A stretch of DNA of 64,000 bases from Felis catus (taxonomy: Eukaryota), in contig NC_058368.1 in NCBI RefSeq assembly GCF_018350175.1, forward strand, positions 83,206,001-83,270,000. Reading direction: 5' to 3'. Numbering within the stretch: the stretch's first letter is position 1; each line of letters starts with the position of its first letter. The notes under the pieces are model-generated. The model was not told the origin of the DNA and did not search any database. It was given only the letters and a program-made list of their open reading frames with translations. Positions 13,980-25,800 of this stretch are shown here, in pieces. A program made the position numbers and the translations under genes.

Positions 13980-14323
13980 GAAACTTAACAGAACCCCATG
14001 GGGGTGGGGAAGAAAAAAAAAAAGAGGTTAGAGTGGGAGAGAGCCAAAGCATAAGAGACTGTTAAAAACTGAGAACAAACTGAGGGTTGATGGGGGGTGG
14101 GAGGGAGGGGAGGGTGGGTGATGGGTATTGAGGAGGGCACCTTTTGGGATGAGCACTGGGTGTTGTATGGAAACCAATTTGAGAATAAATTTCATATATT
14201 AAAAAAATAAAAAAAATAAATGTCCGTGGTCAAAATATACAAATTAAGATACAATAACTGTCAGAGTGGAGTAAAATACAGAATATATTTTCTACAAGAA
14301 AACCACTTTGAATATAAAGATAC

Positions 14324-17300
14324 CTAAGCCAACACAGCAGAGAGGTAGGGGGATTAAAAATTCCCACATCTCTCAAACAAGGAAGGGTTGAAGCCAAAGG
14401 ATATTGAACCCCAAGAGTCTGGGAAGAAAAGAGACTGAGTCTTTACTAGGGAGGCACCAGGACAACCTGACCAGCCATAGGTTTGTGACTGACCTGGGAG
14501 AGATCAAACGAGCCATGTAGGCATGGCGGGGAGGGATCCCCCTATGCAGAGAGAAAAAAGGAAGAGAAAGAGTGGTGGGGAAGTATAGGACTGTATATGG
14601 ACAAGAGAAAAACCTCAGACTGGTATGGAGAGGGATCCCATCTCTAACTGCTGGACTATCTGCAGACTGGGGCCAGCTGCTCTGCACACATCTAGGGAGG
14701 AGAGGAACCAGCCCCTGGCTTGGTACCTAGTTCAGAGATGCAGTCTGCAGTGGGAGAAATCAATCCTCTCCCTGGAGTGCTGTGGGACAAGACAAAACCA
14801 GCCAGGACCACATATCAGATGGCAAGGATAGGTGCTTCCCTAGTACCAGGACACATAGAGTGGTTCTAGCCAAGCTCCTGGGCATGGGAGTCAGTGGAGT
14901 GAGACAAACTGCCCCGTCTGCACCCACATCAGAGAGAAGATGGCTCAAACCTCGAACAGGGTGATTTGGGATACCGGATCCATGGAGAAGAGACGGGGGG
15001 TCGCCATTTTTCTCCCCACCACCACCAGGGTGGGGGCTCAGGATCATTCCTGGGATCCACAGTGCAGGCGGGACCCACCTACACCAAATTATTCCCCCCC
15101 GCACCTGGAAACTGTGAATCTACTGGAGCAGGGTAGATGCTGAGAAACCAGATGTCCCCCTCCTCCAGACCAGTGCTGCTGCATTGCCTGGATTAATTCT
15201 CAGGCAATTCTTGTTATTTAGTGTCATAGACTCTGGATATAAAATTCTCTCTTGTCTAGCAAGAGACTGGGATGCAGGATGAAAATGAGAGATGGCTAAT
15301 GTCTGGGAAAAGACAAGAGCCCCGAATAAGGGTTCTTGTCCCATATTTATTAAGATCAGAAGGCTTACAAATATGATGGACATACACAGAGACAAAAAAA
15401 CTGGAAACATTAACTTGGGTCCGTGAGGGAAAAGGAGGGTTGAAGATATACAGTGTTTGAGGTTTGGGTCAATATAAAACAAAATCCTGGTGCCCAGCAG
15501 ATGGGCAGATAGCTGTTAATGGCAGACAGGAGGCACCCTGTCTGTTTAACTTAGCTAGCCTAGGGGATGAGATAGGTAGGGGGAATAACTTCAGGGTTAG
15601 TAAGGCACCTTTTCTTTTGTTAACCATTTCTGCTCTGGGATGCTTTGCCTGTAGCACAGAGGTCCATTATCCAGTTCAACAATTTGCCTAACTTAGCCCT
15701 ATCCTCCTGTGAAAGCAGCTTTACTGCTATAGTACTAAATTGGGAGTGCTTCCACCCTGAATATCTAGTATTATTTATTTCACATACTTATGTTTTGGGC
15801 ACCTTTGCTCCATTTCTATTTTAGGCCATTACCTCTCCCTCTATATTATGGGGGTTCTACACCCCCTTTCTATTTTGGGGTACTTTTGAGCCTCCCTATT
15901 CTTGGGGTGCCAATCTGGTTTACCCAAACTCAGGTGTGAACATTTTATGGCTTTGTATTTCTTTGTGCCTTGTTTACCCATTGGTGTAAGGCCAGGGGAT
16001 GCCTAAGCTTATCCCCCATAATTGAGATATATTCTTCCTTCCTTTTCTCCTTCTTATCTCTTTCTTCCTCTAGTCTGGTTACACTGGTGGTTGGTTTGTT
16101 TTAGTAGACATATTTAATCTATTTTCTTGATACATGTTCTACACCTCCTTCTTTACTTTCCTTTCCTTCTCTCTGGAATAATCAAGCCATATAGTTTCTC
16201 TGTGTGGGTAACTTTATCTTTGTTTCTTTTTCCCCCACTTGCTTCTTTATTTACCTTCCTCTCTCTATCTCTCTCTCTGGATTAAGACATTTAGTCTCTC
16301 TGCCTGGTCAATGTTTAATTTTTTTCTTTTTTTCCTACTCCTGTCATTTCTCTCTTTCTATGTGCTCTTCCACCAGCATTGCCTCCACCCAATTTGTTAC
16401 TTGTTCATGGTGTTTCTGGTTTTTTGCTTTTAGATTTTTAAAAATTTGTGTGTGTGTGTGTGTGTGTGTGTGTTGAAAGTTTTTATCTCTTGTTTGCTTG
16501 TCTGTTTTCTCTCCAGGGCTACTTCAAGGAACAAATCAAAGCACACTTGGTGCAAGGTCCAAAATATCACTACATGTAAGGAAATAAAATAATCAAAGTC
16601 ACAATGGAGAGCAAGTAACAGCCTCCAAAAAAACCTCCTGAAGAGTCAGGCCCTGGAAAGTGTTTGTCCCTCCTTTAATATAGCAGTTGCTTTTGCAGGT
16701 GCAGAGAAGATAACAAGCTTTTAAAACACATACTAGCCAAAATGTTGAAACGGAAGAATTCTCCTCAAAAGAAAACATGGGAAGAAGTGACAGCTAAAGA
16801 ATTTGTCAAAACAGCTATAATCAATGTAAATAAAAAAATAATTTAGAATAATAGTTATAATATTAATAGCTGGGCTTGGAAAAAGCATAAAAGACAGCAG
16901 AGAATCTATTGCTGCAGATATCAAAGAACTAAAAATAGTCATGATGAATTAAAAAATGCTATAAATGAGGTGCAAAATAAAATGGAGGTGGACACAGTGC
17001 GGATTGAAGAGGCAGAGGGGAGAATAGTTGAATTAGAAGATAAAATTATGGAAAAAGAGGAAGCTGAGAAAACGAGAGATTAAAATATGAAAACAGGATC
17101 AAGAGGGGAGAATGAGAGAATAAGTGATTCAATCAAATGGAACAATCTGTATCATAGGAATTCCAGAAGAAGAAGAAGAGAGAGAAAGGGGTTGAAGGTG
17201 TACATGAACAAATCATAACTGAGAATTTCCCCAATATGGGGAAGGAAACAGACATTGAAATCCAAGAGGCATAGATAATTCCTTCAGATGTAACTTGATC

Positions 17301-20300
17301 TTTTGCATGACATATCAGAGTGGAAGTGGCAAAGTACAAAGATAAAGACAGAATTCTGAAAGCAGCTAGGGATAAACGGGTCTTAAAATATGGGTAGATA
17401 CATAAGGATAGTAGCAGACCTAAATACTGAAACTTGGCAGGCCAGAAAGGAATGGCAGGAAACCCTTAAAGTGCTGAATAGGAAAAATATTCAACCAAGA
17501 ATCCTTTATCCAGTAAGTCTGTCATTCAGAATAGAAAGAGATATAAAAGTTTTCCCAAACAAACAAAAACTAAAGGAAATCGTCACCACTAAACCAGCCT
17601 TACGAGAGATCCTAAGGGGGACTCTGTGAGTGAAATTTTGCAACGACCACAAAGTACCACAGACATCACTACAAACATGAAATTAACAGATAACACAATG
17701 ACGCTAAACCCATATATTTCAATAATAACACTGAATGTAAATGGACTAAATCCTCCAATCAAAATACATAGGGTATCAGAATGGAAAAAAAAAAACCAAT
17801 AAGACCCAACTATTTGCTGTCTATAAGAGATTCACATTACACCTAAGGACACCTTCAGATTGAAAGTGAGGGGATAGAGAAATATCTATCATGCTACTGG
17901 AAATCAAAAGAAAGCTGGAGTAGCCATACTTATATCATACAAGCTAGACTTTAAATTAAAGACTGTAACAAGAGATGAAGAATGGCATTATATAGTAAAT
18001 ACAGGGTCTATCCATCAGAAAGAGGTAACAATTATAAATGTCTATGCAATGAATTAGGGAGCACCCAAGTATATAAAACAATGAATCACAAACATAAGCA
18101 ATCTTATTGGTAATAATGTGGTAATTTCAGGGACTTTAATACTCCATTTAGAGCAATGGACAGATCATGTAGACAGAAAATCAGTAAAGAAACAATGGCC
18201 CTGAATGAAGCACTGGACCAGATGGACTTGGGATATATTTAGAACTCTACATCCTGAAGCAGAGGAATATACTTTCTTCTCCAGTGCACATGGAACATTC
18301 TCCAAAATAAATCACAAATTGGGTCATAAAACAGCCCTTAATTATATAAAAGAATCGAGATCATACCATGCACACTTTCAGACTACAATGCTATGACTTG
18401 AAATCATCTACAGGAAAAAGTCTGGAAAACATCCAAAAGCTTGGAGGTTAAAGAACATCTTACTAAAGAAAGAATGGGTCAACAAGGCAATTAGAGAAGA
18501 AATTTAATAATAAAGGTAAATAAATGAAAATGAAAACACAACATTCCAAACCCTTAGGTATGTGGCACAGGCAGTCCTGAGAGGAATGCACATTGCAATC
18601 CAGGACTATCTCAAGAAATAAGAAAAATCCCAAATACAAAATCTAACAGCACACCTATAGGAACTAGAAGTAAAACAGCAAAGAAATCCAAACCCCATCA
18701 GAAGAGAAATAATAAATAGCAGAGCAGAAAGAAACAATACAGAATCAAAAACAAAGTACAATAGATCAATGAATCTAAGAGTTTGTTTTTTGAGAAAATA
18801 AACAAAATTGGTAAACCCATAGTCAGGCTTCTCAAAAAAGAAAATAGAGATGACCCAGATAGATAATATCACAAATGAAAATTGAATTATTACAAACAAT
18901 CCCTCAGAAATACAAGCAATTATCAGGGAATAGTATGAAAAATCATATGCCAATAAACTGGGCAACCTGGAAGAAATGGACAAATTCCTAAACACGCACA
19001 CACTACCAAAACTCAAAGGTGAAGAAATAGAAAATTTGAACAGACCTATAACTAGTGAAGAAATTGAATCAGATATCAAAAATCTCCCAACAAATAAGAT
19101 TCCTGGACCTTATGGATTCCAAGGACTATTCTACCAGAAATTTAAAGTGGATTTAATATCTATCTTTCTCAAGCTGTTCCAAAAAGTAGAAATAGAAGGA
19201 AAACTTCCAGACTCATTTCATGAAACCAGCATTACGTTAATTCCCAAACCAGACAGAGACCCAACAACAAAGGAGAACTAAGGTCACTATGCCTGATGAA
19301 TATGGATGCAAATTTCTTAGCAAGATACTAGCAAATCGAATTCAACAGCATATAAAAAGAATTATTCAGCATGATCAGGTGGGATTCATTCCCAGGCTGC
19401 AGGGCTGGTTCAAAATTCACAAATCAATCAATGTGATACATCACATTAATAAAAGAAAATATAAGAACCATATTATTCTGTCAGTATATGCAGAAGAAGC
19501 ATTTGTCAAAATACAGCATACTTTCTTAATAAAAACTCTCAAGAAAGGTGGGATAGAAGGAACATAATTAAACATCATAAAAGCTATTTATGAAAATCCC
19601 ACAGCTAATATCATACTCAATGGGGAAAAACTGAGCTTTCCCCCTGAGATAAGGAACATGACAGGAATGTCGACTCTCACCACTGTTGTTTAACATAGTG
19701 TTGGAAATCCTAGCATCAGCAATCAGAAAACAAAATAAAATAAAAGGCATTAACATTGGAAAAGAAGAAGCAAACTTTCACTTTTCACAGATGACATGAT
19801 ACTCTAATGGAAAACCCTATAGACTCACCCAAAATCTGTTAGAACTAAGACATGAATTCAGCAAAGTCGCAGGGTACAAAATCAATGTACAGAAATCTGT
19901 TGCATTTCTCCACACCAGTAATGAAGCAACAGAAAGAGAAACAAATAAGCTGATCCTGTTTACAATTACAGCAAGAACCATAAAATAACTAGGAATAAAC
20001 CTAACCAAAGATGTATACGATGTATATGCTGAAAACTATAGAAAGCTTATGAAGGAAATTAAATAAGACACAAAGAAATGGAAAAACATTCCGAGCTAAT
20101 GGATTGGAAGAATAAATATTGTTAATATGTCAATACTACCCAAAGCAATCTACACATTGAATAAAATCCCAGCCAGCATTGAAGTGGCATTCTTCTCAAA
20201 GCTAGAACAAACAAACCTAAAATTTGTATAGAACCACAAAAGACCCTGAATAGCCAAAGTAATATTGAAGAAAAAGACCAAAGCAGGAGGCATCACAATC

Positions 20301-21441
20301 CCAGACTTTAGCCTCTACTACAAAGGTATAATCATCAAGGCAGTATGGTATTGGCACGAAAACAGATACATAGACAAATGGAATAGGATAGACACCCCAG
20401 AATTGGACCCACAAATGTATGGCCAACTAACTTTTGACAAAGCAGAAAAGAGTATCCAATGGAAAAAGACAGACTCTTTAACAAATGGTGCTGGGAGAAC
20501 TGGGCAGCTACATGCAGAAGAATGAAACTAGACTACTTTCTTACCCTATACACAAAAATAAACTCAAAATGGTTGAAAGACCTGAATTTGAGACAGCAAA
20601 CCATCAAAACCCTAGAGGAGAAAGCAGGAAAAAACCTCTTTGACCTCAGTTGCAGCAATTTCTTACTTGATACATCTCTAAATGCAAGGGAATTAAAAGC
20701 AACAATGAACTTTTGGGACCTAATCAAGATAAAAAGCTTCTGCACTGTGGAGGAAACAATCGACCAAACTAAAAGGCAACCAACGGAATGGGAAAAGATA
20801 TTTGCAAATGATATATAGAATAAGGGCTAGTATCCAAAATCTATAAAGAACTCATAAGACTCCACACCCCAAAAAGCAAATAATCCAGTGAAGAAATGAA
20901 CAGAAGACATAAATAGACATTTTTCCAAAGAAGACATACAGATGACCAACTACACATGAAACAATGCTTAACATCACTCATCATCAGGGAAATAAAAATC
21001 AAAGCCACACTGAGATACCACCTCATGCTTGTCAGAGTGGCTAAAATGAACAAATCAGGAGACTGTAGATGCTGGTGAGGATATGGAAAAATGGGAACCC
21101 TCTTTCTCTATTGGTGGGAATAAAAACAGGTGCAGCCACTCTGGAAAACATTGTGGATATTCCTTAAATAATAAAATATAGAACTACGCTATGACCCAGC
21201 AATAGCAGTACTAGGAGTTGACCCAATGGATACAAGAGTGCTGATGCATAGGGGCACATGTACCCCAATGTTTATAGCAGTACTTTCAACAATAGCCTCT
21301 TAAATACAGAAAATAAACTGAGGGTTTATAGGGGGTGGGGGAGAGGGGAATGTGGGTGATAGGCATTGAGGAGGGCACTTGTTGGGATAAGCACTGGCTG
21401 TCATACGGAAGCCAATATGACAACAAAGTATATTAAAAATA
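14324..21441 (+). mobile_element. Essentially full-length older carnivore/felid LINE-1, degenerate, with an LTR-like insert in its 5'UTR
   Basis: ORF1 at ~16742-17629 and ORF2 at ~17698-21296 with many stops, then 3'UTR and A tail. Perfect TSD aatataaagatac at 14311-14323 and 21442-21454. Confidence 0.93.
15212..16020 (-). mobile_element. Probable solo LTR of an endogenous retrovirus
   Basis: ~810-bp segment absent from the related L1 5'UTR at ~48800-48980. Minus strand starts TATGGGGG (TG-like) and ends ...AATAACA, with AATAAA at 15346-15351 about 135 bp from its 3' end. TSD imperfect (attct / attga). Confidence 0.6.
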
Positions 21442-22584
21442 AATATAAAGATACATATAAATTGTGATTAAAGAAGATGAAAAAGATATCATGCTAATAA
21501 TAATTTTAAAAGAGCTGGAGTAGCTTTATCAATTTCAGCCACAGCAGACTTTAGAATAAGGAGATTTATTAGAAAGAGTTTCATTACATAATGGAAGAAG
21601 AAGTTCATTCTACAAAAAGGCATAACAACACTTAATGTATAAACATTTAAGAAATTATTATAATATACAAGGCAAGTCAGATACAATTGCAAGGATAATT
21701 AGATGAATATACTATTATAATTAGACAATTTGAACTCTTCTATGAGAATGGACAAATCTTGAAGGCAGAACAATTAGCCAGAGCATAGATAAACTTAAAA
21801 ATACTATCAATAGAGGAAATGGAATTGCTATAAAAAAGAGCAGAGTATGCAGTCTTTTCAAGTTAGTGTGGAACATTAACCATGATAGACCACGTTTTCG
21901 TTCCATACAACGATTTAAAAATATATAAATTATACAATTTCAGTCCTCAGTATACAATGAAATTAAATAGAAATCAATAAAATAAAGCTGAAAAAGCCAA
22001 ATATTTAAAGATTAAACAACATACTTGTAAAAGTCAAAGAGTCAAAGTAGTAATGTCAACATATAAAATAGTTTAAACTAAATAAAAATGAAAACAATTT
22101 ACCAAATTTTCAGGATATAGTGAAAGAAATTCTTAAAGGTAGATTTTCACCTTTAACACATATGTTAGCAAGGAAGAAATTTCTACTGATCTAAACTTCC
22201 ACTTTAAAAGAAAATTGAAAACTAGAGAAAATCGGCACTAAAATAATCAAAAAGAAATATAATATATTAAAATAGAGCAGAAATCAGTGAAATTAAAAAC
22301 AGGAATAGAGGAAGTCAATAAAACCAAGAGCTGATTTTTTGAAAAGATCAATAAAATCAATAAGGCTATTACTAGGCTTATAAAAATTGGAGAGAAACCA
22401 AAATAATATCAGAAATGGAAGAATAAACATTAACAGATTCATTCATATTAAAAGATAAAGGAAAACTATTATTCTTTGCTAAGATATTTGATTAGCTAAG
22501 AAAATAAATTTGATAACATAGATGAAATAGATCAATTTCTTTCTGTGTATAATGCATCAACTCACACAAGAATAGACAATTGTT

Positions 22585-22691
22585 GGGCACCAGGGTGGTT
22601 AACTCTTAGTTTTGACTCAGGTCATGATCCGAGGGTCATGGGATTGAGCCCTGCATCAGACTCTGCACTGAGTGTGGAGCCTGCTTGAGAT

Positions 22692-22734
<43 letters not shown>

Positions 22735-22835
22735 CCCTTTGTCCCCCCTTCCACATTTAAATTCTCTCTGTAAAAGAAAGAGGAAGAAAGAAAGAAGAAA
22801 GAAAGAAAGAAAGAAAGAAGAAAGAAGAAATTAAA
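22585..22835 (+). mobile_element. CAN-SINE, older, with (CT)n and a GAAA-repeat tail
   Basis: gggcaccagggtggtt head and SINE body. Flanking caattgt duplication. Confidence 0.88.
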
Positions 22836-22878
22836 AAGGCAATTGTAATTGGCCTATACATATTAAAATTTTGAATTA

Positions 22879-25800
22879 TTTTTTTAATTTTTTAATGTTT
22901 GTTTTTAGTTTTTTTTCAACATATGAAATTTATTGTCAAATTGGTTTCCATACAACACCCAGTGCTCATCCCAAAAGGTGCCCTCCTCAATACTCATCAC
23001 CCACCCTCCCCTCCCTCCAACCCCCCATCAACCCTCAGTTTGTTCTCAGTTAAGAGTCCCTTATGCTTTGGCTCTCTCCCACTCTAACCTCTTTTTCTTT
23101 TTTTTCCTTCCCCTCCCCCATGGGTTTCTGTTAAGTTTCTCAGGATCCACATAAGAATGAAAACATATGGTATCTGTCTTTCTCTGTATGGCTTATTTCA
23201 CTTAGCATCACACTCTCCAGTTCCATCCATGTTGCTACGAAGGGCCATATTTCGTTCTTTCTCATTGCCAAGTAATACTCCATTCTGTATATAAACCACA
23301 ATTTCTTTATCCATTCATCAGTTGATGGACATTTAGGCTCTTTCCATAATTTGGCTATTGTTGAGAGTGCTGCTATAAACATTGGGGTACAAGTGCATCA
23401 GCATTCCTGTATCCCTTGGGTAAATTCCTAGCAGTGCTACTGCTGGGTCATAAGGTAGATCTATTTTTAATTACTGAGGAACCTCCACAATGTTTTCCAG
23501 AATGGCTGCACCAGTTTTAATTCCCACCAACAGTGCAAGAGGGTTCTCGTTTCTCCACATCCTCGTCAGCATCTATAGTGTCCTGATTTGTTCCTTTTGG
23601 CCACTCTGACTGGCGTGAGGTGATATGCGAGCGTGGTTTTGATTTGTAATTCCCTGATAAGGAGCAACGTTGAGCATCTTTTCATGTGCCTATTGGCCAT
23701 CCGGATGTCTTCTTTAGAGAAGTGTCTATTCATGTTTTCTGCCCATTTCTTCACTGGGTTATTTGTTTTGCAGGTGTGGAGTTTGGTGAGCTCTTTATAG
23801 ATTTTGGATACTAGCCCTTTGTCCGATATGTCATTTGCAAATATCTTTTCCCATTCCGTTGGTTGTCTTTTGGTTTTGTTGGTGTTTCCTTTGCTGTGCA
23901 GAAGCTTTTTATCTTCATAAGGTCCCAGTAGTTCATTTTTGCTTCTAATTCCCATGACTTTGGGGATGTGTCGAGTAAGAGATTGCTACGGCTGAGGTCA
24001 GAGAGGTCTTTTCCTGCTTTCTCCTCTAAGGTTTTGATGGTTTCCTGTCTCACATTCAGGTCCTTTAGCCATTTTGAGTTTATTTTTGTGAATGGTGTGA
24101 GAAAGTCGTCTAGTTTCAACCTTCTGCAAGTTGCTGTCCAGTTCTCCCAGCACCATTTGTTAAAGAGACTGTCTTTTTTCCATTGGATGTTCTTTCCAGC
24201 TTTGTCAAAGATTAGTTGGCCATACGTTTGTGGGTCTAGTTCTAGGGTTTCGATTCTATTCCATTGGTCTATGTGTCTGTTTTTGTGCCAATACCATGCT
24301 GTCTTGATGACGACAGCTTTGTAGTAGAGGCTAAAGTCTGGGATTGTGATGCCACCTGCTTTGGTCTTCTTCTTCAAAATTCCTTTGGCTCTTCGGGGCC
24401 TTTTGTGGTTCCATATGAATTTTAGGATTGCTTGTTCTAGTTTTGAGAAGAATGCTGGTGCAATTTTGATTGGGATCGCATTGAATGTGTAGATAGCTTT
24501 GGGTAGTATTGACATTTTGACAATGTTTATTCTTCCAATCCATGAGCAGGGAATGTCTTTCCATTTCTTTATATCTTCTTCAATTACCTTCATAAGCTTT
24601 CTATAGTTTTCAGAATACAGATCTTTTACATCTTTGGTTAGATTTATTCCTAGGTATTTTATGCTTCTTGGTGCAAATGTGAATGGGATCAGTTTCTTTA
24701 TTTGTCTTTCTGTTGCTTCATTGTTAGTGTATAAGAATGCAACTGATTTCTGTACATTGATTTTGTATCCTGCAACTTTGCTGAAACATGTATCCGTTCT
24801 AGCAGACTTTTGGTGGAGTCTATCGGATTTTCCATGTATAGTATCATGTCATCTGCAAAAAGTAAAAGCTTGACTTCATCTTTGCCAATTTTGATGCCTT
24901 TGATTTCCTTTTTTTGTCTGATTGCTGATGCTAGAACTTCCAACACTATGTTAAACAACAGCGGAGAGAGTGGGCATCCCTGTCGTGTTCCTGATCTCAG
25001 GGAAAAAGCTTTCAGTTTTTCCCCATTGAGGATGATGTTAGCTCTGGGCTTTTCATAATTGGCTTTTATGATGTTTAAGTATGTTCTTTCTATCCCGACT
25101 TTCTCAAGGGTTTTTATTAAGAAAGGGTGCTGAGTTTTATCAAAGGCCTTTGCTGCATCGATTGACAGGATCATATGGTTCTTATCTTTTCTTTTATTAA
25201 TGTGAAGTATCATGTTGATTGATTTGCGAATGTTGAACCAGCCTGCATCCCAGGAATGAATCCCACCTGATCATGGTGAATAATTCTTTTTATATGCCAT
25301 TGAATTCGATTTGCTAGTATCTTATTGAGAATTTTTGCATCCATATTCATCAGGGATATTGGCCTGTAGTTCTCTTTTTTTACTGGGTCTCTGTCTGGTT
25401 TGGGAATCAAAGTAATACTGGCTTCATAGAATGAGTCTGGAAGTTTTCCTTCCCTTTCTATTTCTCGGAATAGCTTGAGAAGGATAGGTATCATCTCTGC
25501 TTTAAAAGTCTGGTATAACTCCCCTGGGAAGCCATCTGGTCCTGGACTCTTATTTGTTGGGAGATTTTTGATAACCGATTCAATTTCTTCGCTGCTTAGG
25601 GGTCTGTTCAAGGGTTCTATTTCCTCCTGATTGAGTTTTGGAAGAGTATGGGTGTTTAGGAATTTGTCCATTTCTTCCAGGTTGTCCAATTTGATGGCAT
25701 ATAATTTTTCATAGTATTCCCTGATAATTGTTTGTATCTCTGAGGGATTGGTTGTAATCATTCCATTTTCATTCATGATTTTATCTATTTGGGTCATCTC

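Larger units (their letters stand above)
8334..14217 (+). mobile_element. Young full-length felid LINE-1 (L1_Fc-type), disabled
   Basis: GC-rich 5'UTR, ORF1, ORF2, G-rich 3'UTR, AATAAA and A tail. 15-bp TSD aaatgtcc(a/g)tggtca at 8319-8333 and 14218-14232. Confidence 0.97.

Noticed and set aside
8334..14217. Retrotransposition-competent L1
   Set aside because: ORF1 has stops at 9622 and 9634, and ORF2 has at least three frameshifts and an internal deletion. Some homopolymer indels could be sequencing errors, but not all of the lesions.
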